Of a stretch of DNA of 64,000 nt, positions 26,352 to 38,865 are shown piece after piece. Every line of letters begins with the position of its first letter. Position 1 is the stretch's first letter. The position numbers and the translations under genes were made by a program. The notes beneath the pieces are model-generated. The model had not been told where the DNA came from. It worked only from the letters and a program-made list of their open reading frames with translations, and made no database searches. Source of the stretch: Moniliella sp. 'wahieum' (taxonomy: Eukaryota); assembly GCA_003971905.1 (NCBI GenBank), contig RSEE01000050.1, positions 124,001 to 188,000 of the forward strand. The letters run 5' to 3'.

Positions 26352-29300
26352 TTACACCACTTGGACATTCAGGAAAGGGATCTCCACGTCCTCCCCATTC
26401 TCATCGTCGGCCATCACCTCCACAACCACCCAATGGACGTGAGGCGGGATGGGCTTCTTAGACACGTGCTCAATGAGCTGCCGCATCGTCATCCCTAACC
26501 GCTCTTTGCGGTCCTTGGCAAAGGGGAGAACAGCATTGACACACCCGACGACACCATCGAGATCTCCAATTTCTCCTTCTTCTCAAAGTCATCAATCAGC
26601 TGTTGAAGGGTAGGATTACCGGGAATGGTGAACCGATCCCACAGCGTCCACTCATTGTCGTAGTACTTGTTCTTTGGTGGCGCAATCGGCTCTGAGGAAG
26701 CGACAAAGGGCAGGGCCAAGTTGACAAACGTGTTCTTGTAGTCCTCAATGGTACGGCGGCGCTTGCGCGGGTCGGAGGAATCATCAGCGACCCCATCATC
26801 AATCAACTTGTACAGCTCCACCGACACCAGACCCGAGGCTACACTGGTGCTCGTGATCAGAGCCGGGATGATCTTGCCAGCAATCCCCTTGATCTTGAGC
26901 CGGTCTGCGATCGGGATGCTGTAGTTTTCGGCGCGTAGGTTGGCCGCTGCAGCGATAAAGTCAATATGGAAGTTTTCATCCACATCCTTCTCAAAGTCGG
27001 CGGGGGTCAGACGGTAGCCGGCCAAAGAAGCGGAAGAGGGAAGTTGACTAGCGATTTCAACAATCTCCTCTTCTGTGGATCCTCTCCCTCTCCCCCTGCT
27101 GAGGGGCCGGATCATTGTCACTCGTCTGGACCTTGACGTTGCTCTTTGGCTCAAACGCGGGGACATGCACGTCAGCCAAGATGCGCTTGAACACCTCGGG
27201 GTCCTCTCTCCCTTGAGGCCATAATTCTCTGCGTGGAGATTGGCTGCGGCGATCACATAACCAAGGTGAAGATCATTGTTCGGATCAAACTGGAGTGCCT
27301 TGGGGGCACGTTTGGGGCCCGACCAGAACAATTGGCCCGTGCTAGTCCGAGCGTCAGGGGGAAGAGAATAGAGAAGCTGCTTGATCGTGTTGGCATAATC
27401 CTCCTCAAACTTGAACCGGGCCCACTTGACGCACGCTGCAAACGAAATGGGCTTTCGTCCACAAGGAAAGCCTTGATTTGGGAGATTTGCTCCTTCTGGC
27501 TGATCACGCTGCCCGATGAAGAAGGGTCGAATTAACATAGTCTGGTGTCGTGAGGTATGGTTCACGTTCTGCGCAGGCTTGACAAAGAACTCGTCAAACT
27601 TCTCCCGCGCCCAAGCAATCGTGTGTTCAATGGCGTTCGGGAAGTTCTTGAGGGTACACATGGGGATAGACTTCTCAGGCGGGTCTTGCGAAGAGGAGTA
27701 GCTTTCCGTCAAATGGGGAACAACAACTTGTGTGTTAAGTTGAGTACCCAACGTGCCCGATTCAAGAAGCGGTTTCTGGTAGTACACACACCGACGGTCC
27801 ATGTACTGCCGCGCCTGGACATTGTCCAAAGCATTCGTCACCCGTCAGACGGGCAAAGAACTCATCCCCATATACATCCTCCGATTCAGGCCCCACCCGC
27901 TCCTCGCTTGCTTGAATTTTCCCTTGAGATCTGGGTTCATCTCGATCACAGCCGCCGCCGCTGTCTCGGCTTTGAACTTGCCCACGTCCTTAGGACGGAA
28001 GAGGAATTGACGGTTCAAGTTGGACTTCTCAATCTGGTCGTTGTCTGTCACGTGGATGGCGCCCTCCGGTCCGGTCGCAAGGCCCATCATGGCCCAATTC
28101 TTGAGCATCTCGCACCCAATGGCCCCTGACCCACTAGGAATGGCGAGCATTGCTAAGTTTGGTTTGGAACGTCTTACCAAACACACCAATTGGGAGTCAT
28201 ACCTCGTGCCGACAGGTTCAAACTCCGACTCGGGCAGCTCGTCAATGTTGAGCGGAAGAGCCTCGAGTGTCAATGTAGAGGTGCTGGACCAGCGGGTGGA
28301 ACTTCCCGCTCACCGCCTTGAGCACTCTTGCCCGACAAAACCACCAATAAACGCCACAATGGGAGACAAGTCTCCACGGGCCTGTTTGGCAAGTTCAAGG
28401 ACAACCTTCTCTTCCAACTCATCTTCACGCCCGGCCTTGGCCCAAATGTTCTTCGCTAGGCTAAGGACTGCTTCAGCATCTGCTGAATTGCGGGGAAGGG
28501 GCAGACGGCCCTGCGTATCTTGGAACGCTCCCAGAGCTTGGAAAGCCGTGTGGATCGTGTTGGGTCGCTCAAATTTGGCAAAGTCGGTAACGAGAAACTC
28601 GGGCTGCTTAATGCTCTCGTTCAAGGGCTTGAACTGGATCGTCTCGGGCATCTTGACCTGTTGGAAAATCCCTTCTCGTTCGTACTCGCCCTCAAACCCA
28701 GTCGTATCGCCAATCTCGAACGTGTAAGGGCCAACAACAGTCACCTTGAACGGGCCGGCATTGTTGATTCCCTCAAGGCCTTGTACTTCGGAGAAGGCCA
28801 CATAATCACCATCCGACAGGCCATGTCGCGTTTCGTCCAACGTTGTTACCAGACCTTTCTTATCCTTGTCAATCGAGGTAATCATACCCTGCAAGGGCGG
28901 CTGGCCATTCGTGTCGTTGCAGACAAAATTGGGGCCAAAATCGCAGAATACCGAGCCAAACAAACCACGGGCGGCCGCAATAAATTTTGCCCACTACGGG
29001 CAACATTGTTGAGCTCAATTTGTCGCGAAAGCGGCGCGTCAGTCAAGACAATCACCTGCACACTTCAAGTCAGTACCACACATGGAGGGTGAGGCCAGGG
29101 CGGTTGCGGGGGAGGGGAAGGAAGCGTACCTGGAACTGGCTCAGGGCGGAAGCATCTAGAATTGGCGCTTCCAGTACGCGCACTGGAACGTAGCTGTTGA
29201 GTTCGGCGAGGCGTGGGGCAGTGGCTTCGGCTCGGGACTTACCCGTGCCCACATCCGAGAGGCGGAGGAAAAACTGAGAGGCCAAGTCCTGGATCGTGAT

Positions 29301-29570
29301 GGGGGTCGGATCATAGATTGTCACCGATTTGACGCCGGCAAGGGCAACATTTTTGGCTGGCAATCGTGGTCAGACGCCGGCACACAGGCTGCAGCAGAGA
29401 TGCGACTCACCAATTTCAGCTCCCAGCCCCTTGAGGCCGATAATAAGGACATTGCTGGCGGCCATGCGCTGCATGGCCTCGCGCCCCAGAACATAGAGTT
29501 GGCGGCTGTACAAGCCCTCGTCGATACCGGCAGGTACTGGCGAAGGCGAATCGACGCTGATGGCGCTCAT
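26352..29570 (-). CDS. UBA1: Ubiquitin-activating enzyme E1 (introns 29357-29410 and 29056-29129; frameshifts)
   Basis: [67 protein letters not shown], active site [11 protein letters not shown]-terminal GEDVEIPF. Confidence 0.98.
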
Positions 29571-30756
29571 TTCAAACGCTGGGTGGTGGTGGGGATGGCA
29601 GTGGGGATGCAGTGGGGATGGCGGTGGCAGTCGGCTGCGGAGCAACGCAAGCGCATGCGTCAGCGTGGAGTAAGGTGGCCCCTGCGTCATCTTACGTCAG
29701 CCATTCGTGCTTCCCCGGATTGCATCACGACAGCTTGCCTCAACGCATCATGCACCCACAAGCCCCTCGCTCGCGCCGCCACCGGCCGCTTCGGATGACT
29801 GAACAGGGGGCACGCGGGCGGGAGTAGGTGCTCGCCAGCACTTCACTCTCAAACCAATTGTCAGCCAGGGAGTGGGGCGCGTCCTGCTGAGGCCTCCTGA
29901 AGCTGGGGCCCGAACACCAAGAGCGAGCACGGGGCATGGCAGGAGAGGATATGTGAGGGGAAAAGATGGCAGGAGGCCACGTGTGGGATTCGTTGGACTG
30001 AGATCGACAGCGCTTGATAGAAAGGGCCAGGTCGATGTGCGCCAAACGTGGCCCAGATTGGAATACGGAATACGGACCTGGGTTGCAAGCAACTGCTGCT
30101 ACGGCTCGGGCAAGGACAAAACGCACATGTTGATCAGAGTACCACCGCATTGCATTGTCTGCATCTTTCCGTGTCAGACCCTGATTCGCTCCGCAGTCAA
30201 GCCGTCCATGCGTCAGGCAGGGACAGCTAGCGATGCCTGGAGGACTCTTCGCATGATTGGATTCCTATAGTATGCTGTACACTCGTGCCAGCGTGCTCTC
30301 AGAACCGTGCCCCCGCTCGGGCTATGTTGTGGTGCGCCGGTGCACTCGGTAGCAGCAGGGAAGAGGAAGACGGTAGGAAGGTCTCGCTTCCAGTTGGCCT
30401 CCATCTGTGGCTTTGCAGACGGAAGGGTGCCTTCTGCGTCTCGAACCGGGTCGGGCCGTCGGCCAGGCAGCGACGGTGATTGAGGGGTGACACGTGATGA
30501 GGATGAGATGGCAGCGCGGGGCCAGTGCCGCTTCGGCCTGAAGCGCGAAGAATGAGGGCGCGCTGGCTCGGCGCTCTGTGCTGAACGAACAGAACGAACA
30601 TGGGGCTTCGCCCAGATTCTAAATGCGTGGACACTGGCGCTGTGCCCCGGCCAGCTTGGCCCCGTGCAGATGGCGTCTCCCTATGCGCTTTAAAAACGCT
30701 TCGCCCGGCATTCACGCACGTCTTCTCTCTCACCACCGACTCGTCGTCTTGCTGCC

Positions 30757-32829
30757 ATGTCGTCGTCCAACTCGGAAACGTTCGGCTTTGCCGCTGATAT
30801 CAGCCAGCTCCTGGACCTGATCATCAACACTTTCTACTCCAACAAGGAGATCTTCCTCCGTGAGCTCATCTCCAACGCCTCGGACGCCCTGGACAAGATC
30901 CGCTATGCGCGCTCACCGACCCTACCGCTCTGGACGAGGAGAAGGAGCTCTACATTCGCATTACCCCCGACAAGGAGAACAAGATCCTCTCCATCCGCGA
31001 CACGGGTATTGGCATGACTAAGACGGACCTGATAACAGCATTGGTACCATTGCTCGCTCGGGCACCAAGGCATTCATGGAGGCACTTTCCTCTGGTGCCG
31101 ACATCTCTATGATTGGCCAGTTCGGTGTGGGCTTCTACTCGGCCTACCTCGTTGCCGACAAGGTGCAGATCATCACCAAGAACAACGACGACGAGCAGTA
31201 CATCTGGGAGTCGGCTGCTGGTGGCACCTTCACCATCACGCAGGACACTGTCAACCCTCTATTGGCCGCGGACGGAGCTGCGTCTGCACATGAAGGATGA
31301 CCAGCTTGAGTACCTTGAGGAGAAGCGGATAAGGAAATGTCAAGAAGCACTCTGAGTTCATCTCGTACCCCATCCAGCTCGTCGTCACCAAGGAGGTCGA
31401 GAAGGAGGTCGAGGTGAGGAGGAGGCTGCCGACGATGACAAGAAGCCTAAGATCGAGGAGGTCGAGGACGAGGACAACAAGAAGGAGAAGAAGAAGGTTA
31501 AGGAGATTGTCAAGGAGGAGGAGGAGCTCAACAAGACGAAGCCTCTCTGGACCCGGGATCCCAAGTCGATTGAGCCGGAAGAGTACAACTCCTTCTACAA
31601 GTCTCTGACCAACGACTGGGAGGACCCTCTGGCTGTCAAGCACTTCTCGGTTGAGGGCCAGCTTGAGTTCAAGGCTCTTCTCTACATTCCCAAGCGTGCT
31701 CCCTTTGATCTCTTGAGAACAAGAAGAAGCGCAACAACATCAAGCTCTACGTCGTCGTGTGTTCATCATGGACGACTGTGAGGACCTATCCCCGAGTGGC
31801 TCTCGTTTGTCAAGGGTGTTGTCGACTCGGAGGACCTGCCGCTCAACATCTCGCGTGAGACCCTGCAGCAGAACAAGATTCTGAAGGTGATCCGTAAGAA
31901 CATTGTCAAGAAGGTCCTCGAGTGCATTCGGAGATTGAGGAGGACGAGGAGAACTACAAGAAGTTCTACGAGGCCTTCGGAAAGAACATAAGCTTGGTAT
32001 TCACGAGGACTCGACCAACCGCAACAAGCTCGCCGAGTTCCTTCGTTTCAACTCGACCAAGTCGGGCGATGAGCTCACCTCCCTCAAGGACTACGTGACG
32101 CGCATGCCTGAGGTGCAAAAGAACATCTACTACCTCACTGGCGAGTCGCTTCAGTCGATCAACGACTCTCCCTTCTTGGAGGCGCTCAAGAAGAAGGGCT
32201 TTGAGGTTCTCCTCATGGTGGACCCGATTGACGAGTACGCGGTTACCCAGTTGCGCGAGTTTGACGGCAAGAAGCTGGTCTCGGTCTCCAAGGAGGGGCT
32301 TGAGCTTGAGGAGACGCCCGAGGAGATTGCCGCGCGTGAGGAGGAGGCGGAAGAAGTTCGAGGGTCTGCTCAAGGCTGTCAAGGACATCCTCGGGGACAA
32401 GGTTGAGAAGGTGGTTCTTTCGAACCGCCTTGTTGGCTCGCCCGTTGCTCTTGTCACTGGCCAGTTTGGCTGGTCGGCTAACATGGAGCGGATCATGAAG
32501 GCGCAGGCGTTGCGGGACACTAGCATGAGCTCCTACATGTCTTCCAAGAAGACGCTTGAGGTCAACCCCAAGAACCCCATCATCAAGGAGCTGCAGGCTA
32601 AGGCGGACGCTGACGCGGCCGACTCGACTGTGCGGGACTTGACGTGGCTGCTGTACGAGACGGCGCTGCTCACTTCGGGCTTCAGCCTGGACCACCTCAA
32701 GACTTTGCCAACCGGCTGTTCAAGCTCATCTCGCTCGGTCTCTCGATTGACGAGACGGAGGAGGAGCCCGAGGAGGAGAAGGCTGCCGAGCAACCCGAGG
32801 GGGAGAGCACCATGGAGACTGTTGACTAA
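30757..32829 (+). CDS. HSP90: Cytosolic heat-shock protein 90 (frameshifted in the assembly)
   Basis: [61 protein letters not shown], and C-terminal METVD, a MEEVD-like motif. Strong codon bias. Confidence 0.98.
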
Positions 32830-32951
32830 GCGTGGGACTTGCTGTACGAAAATATGATTGATTGCGCTTGGCACAGTGCTTGCAGTTTGCGAGAAGCGAT
32901 TTAGATAAACAGAGCTTAGTTTGTGCGGAAACCGAGGTACACTTCCAGAAT

Positions 32952-33719
32952 CTACGTCCTCTGCAGCCCATCCAGGGTTGCCGAAACGTGCTGCTGCATC
33001 GCGACGAAGAGTGGGTCGAGCTTGGTGAGGTGGAGGTGCAATTCCTTGGCGACACTGAGCGCATGATCGAGCACAAGCGGGTCGCGGCGCTCCATGGCAA
33101 TAAAAAGGAGAGTATGCATCGGAGTCGCCAGGGAATGAAGTGTGCGCATGAGGGGCGTGACGAGAGTCATCTCGTACGCAGTATCGGTAGTGAGCAGCAT
33201 ATCGATGGGGGCAGGCAGATGTGCGTGGGCAAGGCGCTGCTGTGCCTGGACAGGTGTGTTCCAGTCCAGTGGCACAGGCGTGATGGCGGGTGTTTGGCTC
33301 TCAAGCACTGCGCTGTTGCGCGCTAGGTTGGGGATGGTGACTGCGGCAAGGGAGGCAGGTGTATCGGACACAAACCCGCCAGCCGAACAGGTGCGCGGCC
33401 ATCGAGGGCAAGGCCACTCCCGAGCCCAGTTCCCATACGGAGGGACGTCCGGGCGTGGGAGATGTCGTGTCCAACTGGGCGAGAGACCGGATGCGTTCCA
33501 AGCGAAAGACGGATCGGGGGGGCGTCGGGCGTAGCGTGTATGGCCTGTAGGACGGCAACGGCGGCCTGGGCGGCAGGCCAGAGGAGGCAGCTGTATCGTG
33601 CGACGCTTGGTCTTGTCCCAGCACAAGGCGGGAGTGCACAAGCGGAATCGGGTAGGAAGCTGAGAAATGTGCTTCGAATCCCATGCCAACGCCGGCAGTG
33701 TACTCGACGACGAGCTCAT
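32952..33719 (-). CDS. Seven-beta-strand protein-lysine methyltransferase, METTL21/Methyltransf_16 family (3' end uncertain)
   Basis: Motif I VWELGSGVALPS, post-I VSD, PLDWN, motif II LLTTDTAYE (DxxY), and IAMERRD across frameshifted ORFs. Confidence 0.82.
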   Translation of the reverse strand: MSSSSSTLPALAWDSKHISQLPTRFRLCTPALCWDKTKRRTIQLPPLACRPGRRCRPTGHTRYARRPPDPSFAWNASGLSPSWTRHLPRPDVPPYGNWAREWPCPRWPRTCSAGGFVSDTPASLAAVTIPNLARNSAVLESQTPAITPVPLDWNTPVQAQQRLAHAHLPAPIDMLLTTDTAYEMTLVTPLMRTLHSLATPMHTLLFIAMERRDPLVLDHALSVAKELHLHLTKLDPLFVAMQQHVSATLDGLQRT

Positions 33720-34239
33720 TCTGGTTGTGAGCCTTGGAGGGTTAAGGGGACGAGCACAGGGCAATTCAGCGCCGCCCTGTTCATCTTCTGTGTTAAGTTT
33801 TCTGCTGCAACACGTGATGTCATGGATGGACAAGCAAAGCACTAATTAGGCCCAAGCCCCAGAGCGGAACACGCGTAAGTTGCACCGACACAATGAGGTC
33901 TACATCCAGAGGGGCTAGTGCCTGTTGTACACCCCGCCTCCCATCCTCGTTTCTGATCTCTGATTTCTGATCTCACTCATCTCACAGGCTCAATCCGATC
34001 GATCTGATCCCTCCAGATCATGCCAGCACTGCCGGAAAATGGTAGCTCCCGCAATTGTGGATAAGAACGCTGGCGGGAGAGTTTGGGGGGGACAATGCGA
34101 GTTGCGCCTGTTGTCTATGAAAGTTAGGCGACGGACAAGCACGACCATCAAACCGCACCCGTCGGCGGTACCCCCCCTGCGCCAAAGAGAATGCAGGGAC
34201 ATCTCTGGGCTCAGTATAAAACGAAGGAAAACAGGCATG

Positions 34240-36287
34240 CATCAACCAACTAAGCAAAGCGAACGTGAGAGTGAGGAGGTGGGTCATTCGGTCCCGCGAA
34301 GTGTGTGCTCGTACCGTACGGAACATGGCAGCCTGCTGCTCCAGCGATGAGACGACGTGCCCTCGTCGGCTTGGCGGGCCAAGACACGTTCCGCCTCGGA
34401 AGAGAGGAAATCATGGACTGTCATGCCCTGTTGAATCGCACGCTCGATTCGTACCCGAACGTCCTCAGGGTAGCCCGCAAGAGATTGTTTTGAGTTTGGC
34501 CTTTCTCTCTTCAGCAGGTTCGCCTGAGGAAGCAGTTTGGCTGCTACTCCAGTGTGATCCCCCTCGCCAGGGACAGCACCTTTTGCGATGTTGCGGGGAC
34601 GGGTTTGACAGCCTCCACTTGGTCTGCCTCTGTTTGGCGGTCTCGTCTTAGTAGAGCGTGTGGTACGTGTAGCCGCAGTCCCTGTGGTGGCTTGGAAGGG
34701 ACAAAGCGGCGACGGACGGGGAGATGTTCTTCTTCTCTTCTTCCTCTTCTTCGTCTTCTTGTTCGTCTCTTCTCTCCTTCCCCCTCATTCTCCTTCTCTT
34801 CGTCTTTATCCCTCCTCTCCTTCCTCCCTCCCATCGTTACCTCGGCTTGCGCCTCTTCTGTTCTTGCTCTTTGCTCTTCCCACGGGATGCAGAGTCAGTG
34901 GCACGGGCACTAGTGGCACTGGCCGCGCGTGAGGCTGCACGGGTGATACGTGAGACGGAACGAGCACTAGGCGCGCGACTCACGTTGCCCACCATGCTGG
35001 CCCCACCGGATTCAGAATGATCTCCTTGAGGCGACGCTTGGAACCCACATCCATAATCTATCAGGATCTTGCGATTCTTCTTCGTCTGAGCCAGATTCGG
35101 ATTCGACACTTTGCCTCTTGGACCGCTTGGCACTGTGAGATTTGCCCTTCGTCTCGGATTGTTTCACCTTCGAATGAGCTTGGACTTCCACGCCTGTAGA
35201 GCGGGGAGGGGGAGCTTTCTCATCCTCTTCATCCTGGTCTTGCTCGGAACTTTGGTCTTGCTCTTCCTCATCGCTCTCCAGTTTGCGAAAGGGAGGCACT
35301 GGACCACTTGGGGACGTCTTGCCGGGGTTCTGAGGAGACGGCGGCCTAGATTTCCTCATCCTCAGTCTCATCTGGATCGCTTGTTTCCGAGCGGTGCTTG
35401 TTTCCGAGTGGCTCTCGGAACCTGCACTGGGTCCTCCGTATCGGAGGCAGCCGAGGCGGCATCCGGTATGCTCTCATTGGTCCTCATGAACCGATTCTTT
35501 CGTCCACCAACACAGCAGAGAAGAACGGGCAGGGACGTTCGCCTCGAAGTGCTCAGCCCTGGTAGTAGAAAGTAAGCATTTACCCACTCGAATCACGAGG
35601 GAGACACGTACTTGGGATCGTCCATTTTCTCCCAGCCCGAGAGGGTGCGGTCGCAATACGAGCACGTAGCCACATCGTCCCCTCGCTCGTGTGGGCGGCA
35701 TGAAATCCAGCCTGGGCGAGTTTGAGGGATGTAGGTTTCCATCCGCGCACTTGAGGTGGGTCGTGAGGCCAAGGAATTGCCTGAAACGTGGCAAGGCGGA
35801 CCGCAAGCATTTTCTCCCGAGTGGGAAAAGGGCTGGATCATCCCAAAGAGCCGAGGGTGGTCGGAAGCCAAGGATGCTCTGCGCGCCAAGAATCAGCATC
35901 GATTTGGGCGTTGACCGAGTCGGCAAGTACAACAGTCGGGCAAGTGGGGTTGGCAGCGCGTAGTCGGTCGAGTGGATCGTCACCAGGTTGCCAACTGGAG
36001 ACGGTGGTGGCACAGAGGTAATGCTGCAGACGATCGTCCTTCTTACGCGCGCCATCGGGCGTAGAAGAAGCCTGCAGATGCAAGTTGGGAAGGAGTGGGC
36101 ACATGGGCCTTCTTGCTGCGAGGGTTGTGTGGGTGGGGCCACTTGGGCACCGCCTTGGAGCTGAAGGTGGCGAGGCGGGCGTCGACGGTGGCCATGGCGG
36201 CAATGGCAGTGGAAAGTGCTGGACGCGGGGGGCAGAGGAGGCCTGCCCCACCGAGCTGGATGTCTGCAGCGTGCGCTTGGGGCCCAT
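34240..36287 (-). CDS. BIR1: Bir1/survivin-like IAP-repeat chromosome-passenger protein (3' end approximate; intron ~35559-35611)
   Basis: Two BIR repeats (ARLATF...WPH...LASAGFFY...WQPGDDPL...NPTCP and VRLATF...WPHD...LAQAGF...DVATCSYCDRTLSGWEKMDDP), a long charged linker, and a C-terminal MTVHDFLSSEAE helix near 34400. Confidence 0.8.
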
Positions 36288-36580
36288 GTTGTGTGGCGCT
36301 AGCGGTGTGGTGTGGTGGCGTGGCGGCGGCGGCGGTGGTGGTGGCACGCGGCCAGCAGAGGCGTTGCTGTGCCATTCGTGTTGCTTTGCCTCGGGCAGCA
36401 CGCGTGCGGGTCATCACGTGGGAGGCATCTGAGACACCCTTCGATCGGTGCAACCGGTATAAATCCGCCCTGCCCGCCAGCCGAAGGAAGGGGGCGGTGC
36501 CTCTAATTAATTAGCCTGCCTGCCCATGCGCCCCATCGCCGCATCGCCTAGCAGCGACATCACATTCGCACATGTCACGC

Positions 36581-38227
36581 TCACCTCGAAGCGCCGGGAG
36601 GGACCTCGGCAGGTACTACAGGGACAGGGGTACCATATGGAGCTAGATGGTAATGTACATTGAATATGGAAGTGGAACACTGCACACAAGGCCTCAACAA
36701 AAGCCCTCTGTCAGCGGTACAGCAACGGGTTTCGCCGTTCTCCCGCACCCGAGCTTCGTGTCCATAGAGCTGGGTCATGCGGTTGATCAACTCTTGATTG
36801 CCCGCCTCGAGAGTGCGCAACCACTGCTGAAGTGCATCAGTACGGGCCTTGCTCATCTCGCTCTCACACCAAGGGCCGTCCAGCTCCAACGTCTCGTTCA
36901 CTTGGTCGATCCGCCCCTGCAAGCGATGATCGAGAATGAGGGTGCGCACCAAGCTCTCAGCCACCTGGCCGAAACGTTGAGTTGGTTCGCAAGGTAGTGT
37001 AGGTCGAGACGGGTGTAGGAGCCAACCGTATCAAATGTACTGGTGGCGGAGGTACTTGAGCAGGAGCTCGATGTAGTCCGTAATGAAACTGTCGCCACGG
37101 AAGACGGAATAATTGTCTTTGATCACGTTCTCAGCTTGCAGCGCATCCTTTCTCCGATATGCCTCCGCCAACTGGAGCATGGCCGCGATCTGAGGATCAG
37201 TTTGGTAGGGACGCATCTCACGGCTGTCAATGGGGTTGATAGGGCTGTCCATAAAGAGGACGGCGAGAACGAGATATTTGAGAACCCCAATCCGCGGGAG
37301 ATCCAGCCTCATCATAGGCATTAAACGCTTGATAAAAGTCCTGCTGTGCCGCAGTCCAGTTGCTCTCAGACATGTGCATCTTTCCCCCGCATTCGCGGAT
37401 GATACCCGAAATACGAGGATGAGGAATGGCGTTTTGACTTGAAGCGTGGCATTGTAGACCTCCTTGAGCTTCATATAGTCCTTCAGTTCCGAGAACATCT
37501 GGATTTCAGTCGCATAAACCTCCATGAGAATGGTGCCCTTGTTCTGATCCGCACTGACCAGGCCACCGGCCCCATCGTCGCCAGCGATCGCACCGAGCCC
37601 CGTACTGGCCGTTGCGAACCAAGGCAATACTCCTTCAGCCCGCGGATTGTCTTCTCAAGCCGATTCCACTCGCGCCGTGCAAGCCAGATCTGAGCCAGTT
37701 TAAGCTCAGTTTTGACACGAAGTCGCTCGTTGTTGGCTTCCTTGAGTGCCATCTTGGTGGCCTCGTAAAACTGCTCCATCATGACCAAGTCGAGGCTTGC
37801 GGACTGAGAGACGTAATCAAGGATTGTGTTGATCGATTTCTCCCTGAGATGCAGGTGTGAGCCTCCAACCTAACACAGAGAAGTGGTGACGCACGCATAG
37901 TTCCGGGTGACAGCACTTCTGGTGTAGGCCAACAATTCACGGTACGCTGCCAGGGCAGCATCGTACTTCCCCTGACGGAACTGGGCCTTGGTGATCTGCT
38001 TGAGTGACTTGAACCCAAACTCCCCATCGTCCTCCTTTTCGCGCTCCACAACATCGCGGAAGGCAGCTAGAGCAGCGGGCATGTCGTCAGTGCGCTTTTT
38101 GCGAGATAGTAATGTTTTTCGAGGTCGGCTGGGCTTCGTCGGGGTCATCTTCATCGTCTTCAAAATCAAAGTCGTACTCCTCGTCGTCGTCTCCGACACC
38201 GTCAAACATAAACTCCTCGTCCGACAT
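36581..38227 (-). CDS. CSN2: COP9 signalosome subunit 2, PCI domain (introns and frameshifts; 3' end approximate)
   Basis: MSDEEFMFD acidic N-terminus, FGFKSLKQITK, SAVTRNY, NNERL..KTELKLA, KGTILMEVYATEIQM, LKYLVLA, LILDHRLQGRIDQVNETLEL. Confidence 0.92.
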
Positions 38228-38865
38228 GCAGCGAGCAGCAGATGGGACAAAGGGCTGTGATGGACTGAGTGGACTGGTGGGACTGGTAGTCAGGCCAGCG
38301 GTTGTGGGGGGAAAGGGGGGGGGGTATGTGATTACATACACCCGCCTCCTGCGCCACCTGGGATAATCGATCAGTCGATCAGGGTAGATTAGAATTCATC
38401 TGTTGGCCAGGGGAGGTTGGGGCTGGTTGGGGGCATTTCGACCTTGATAGAATCCATCGTTTCTTGTAGACGACTTCCGCATATCCGCCGTCGACCGCCT
38501 GACGGCATGAACATAGCGACTACATCCTCGTTCTGAGTGCGGACCTTAGGCCCGTCGAGTTTGATACTCACCCAGAGCATCTACCACGCTCCCTTAAAGT
38601 TATCCTTCTGTGGTGATCAGAGGTTTTGTTTCTTCGCTATCTTGTTTCGTGGTATGTGAGACTATAGTAACCGTTTCCCAATTTCATCGATCGTCTCAGC
38701 GAGCCCGCGGTGTGGCTGAGATGGTTCCGTAGCCAGGCTATAACGTAATGGCACAGCCTGAGAAGACTGGTCGCACAGGGAATGAAGGACAAAACGAGAG
38801 TGTGATGAGGACAGGGTAGGATACGGAACACAGTAAAAAGAGTGGTATAGGGGGGAACGGAAAGC

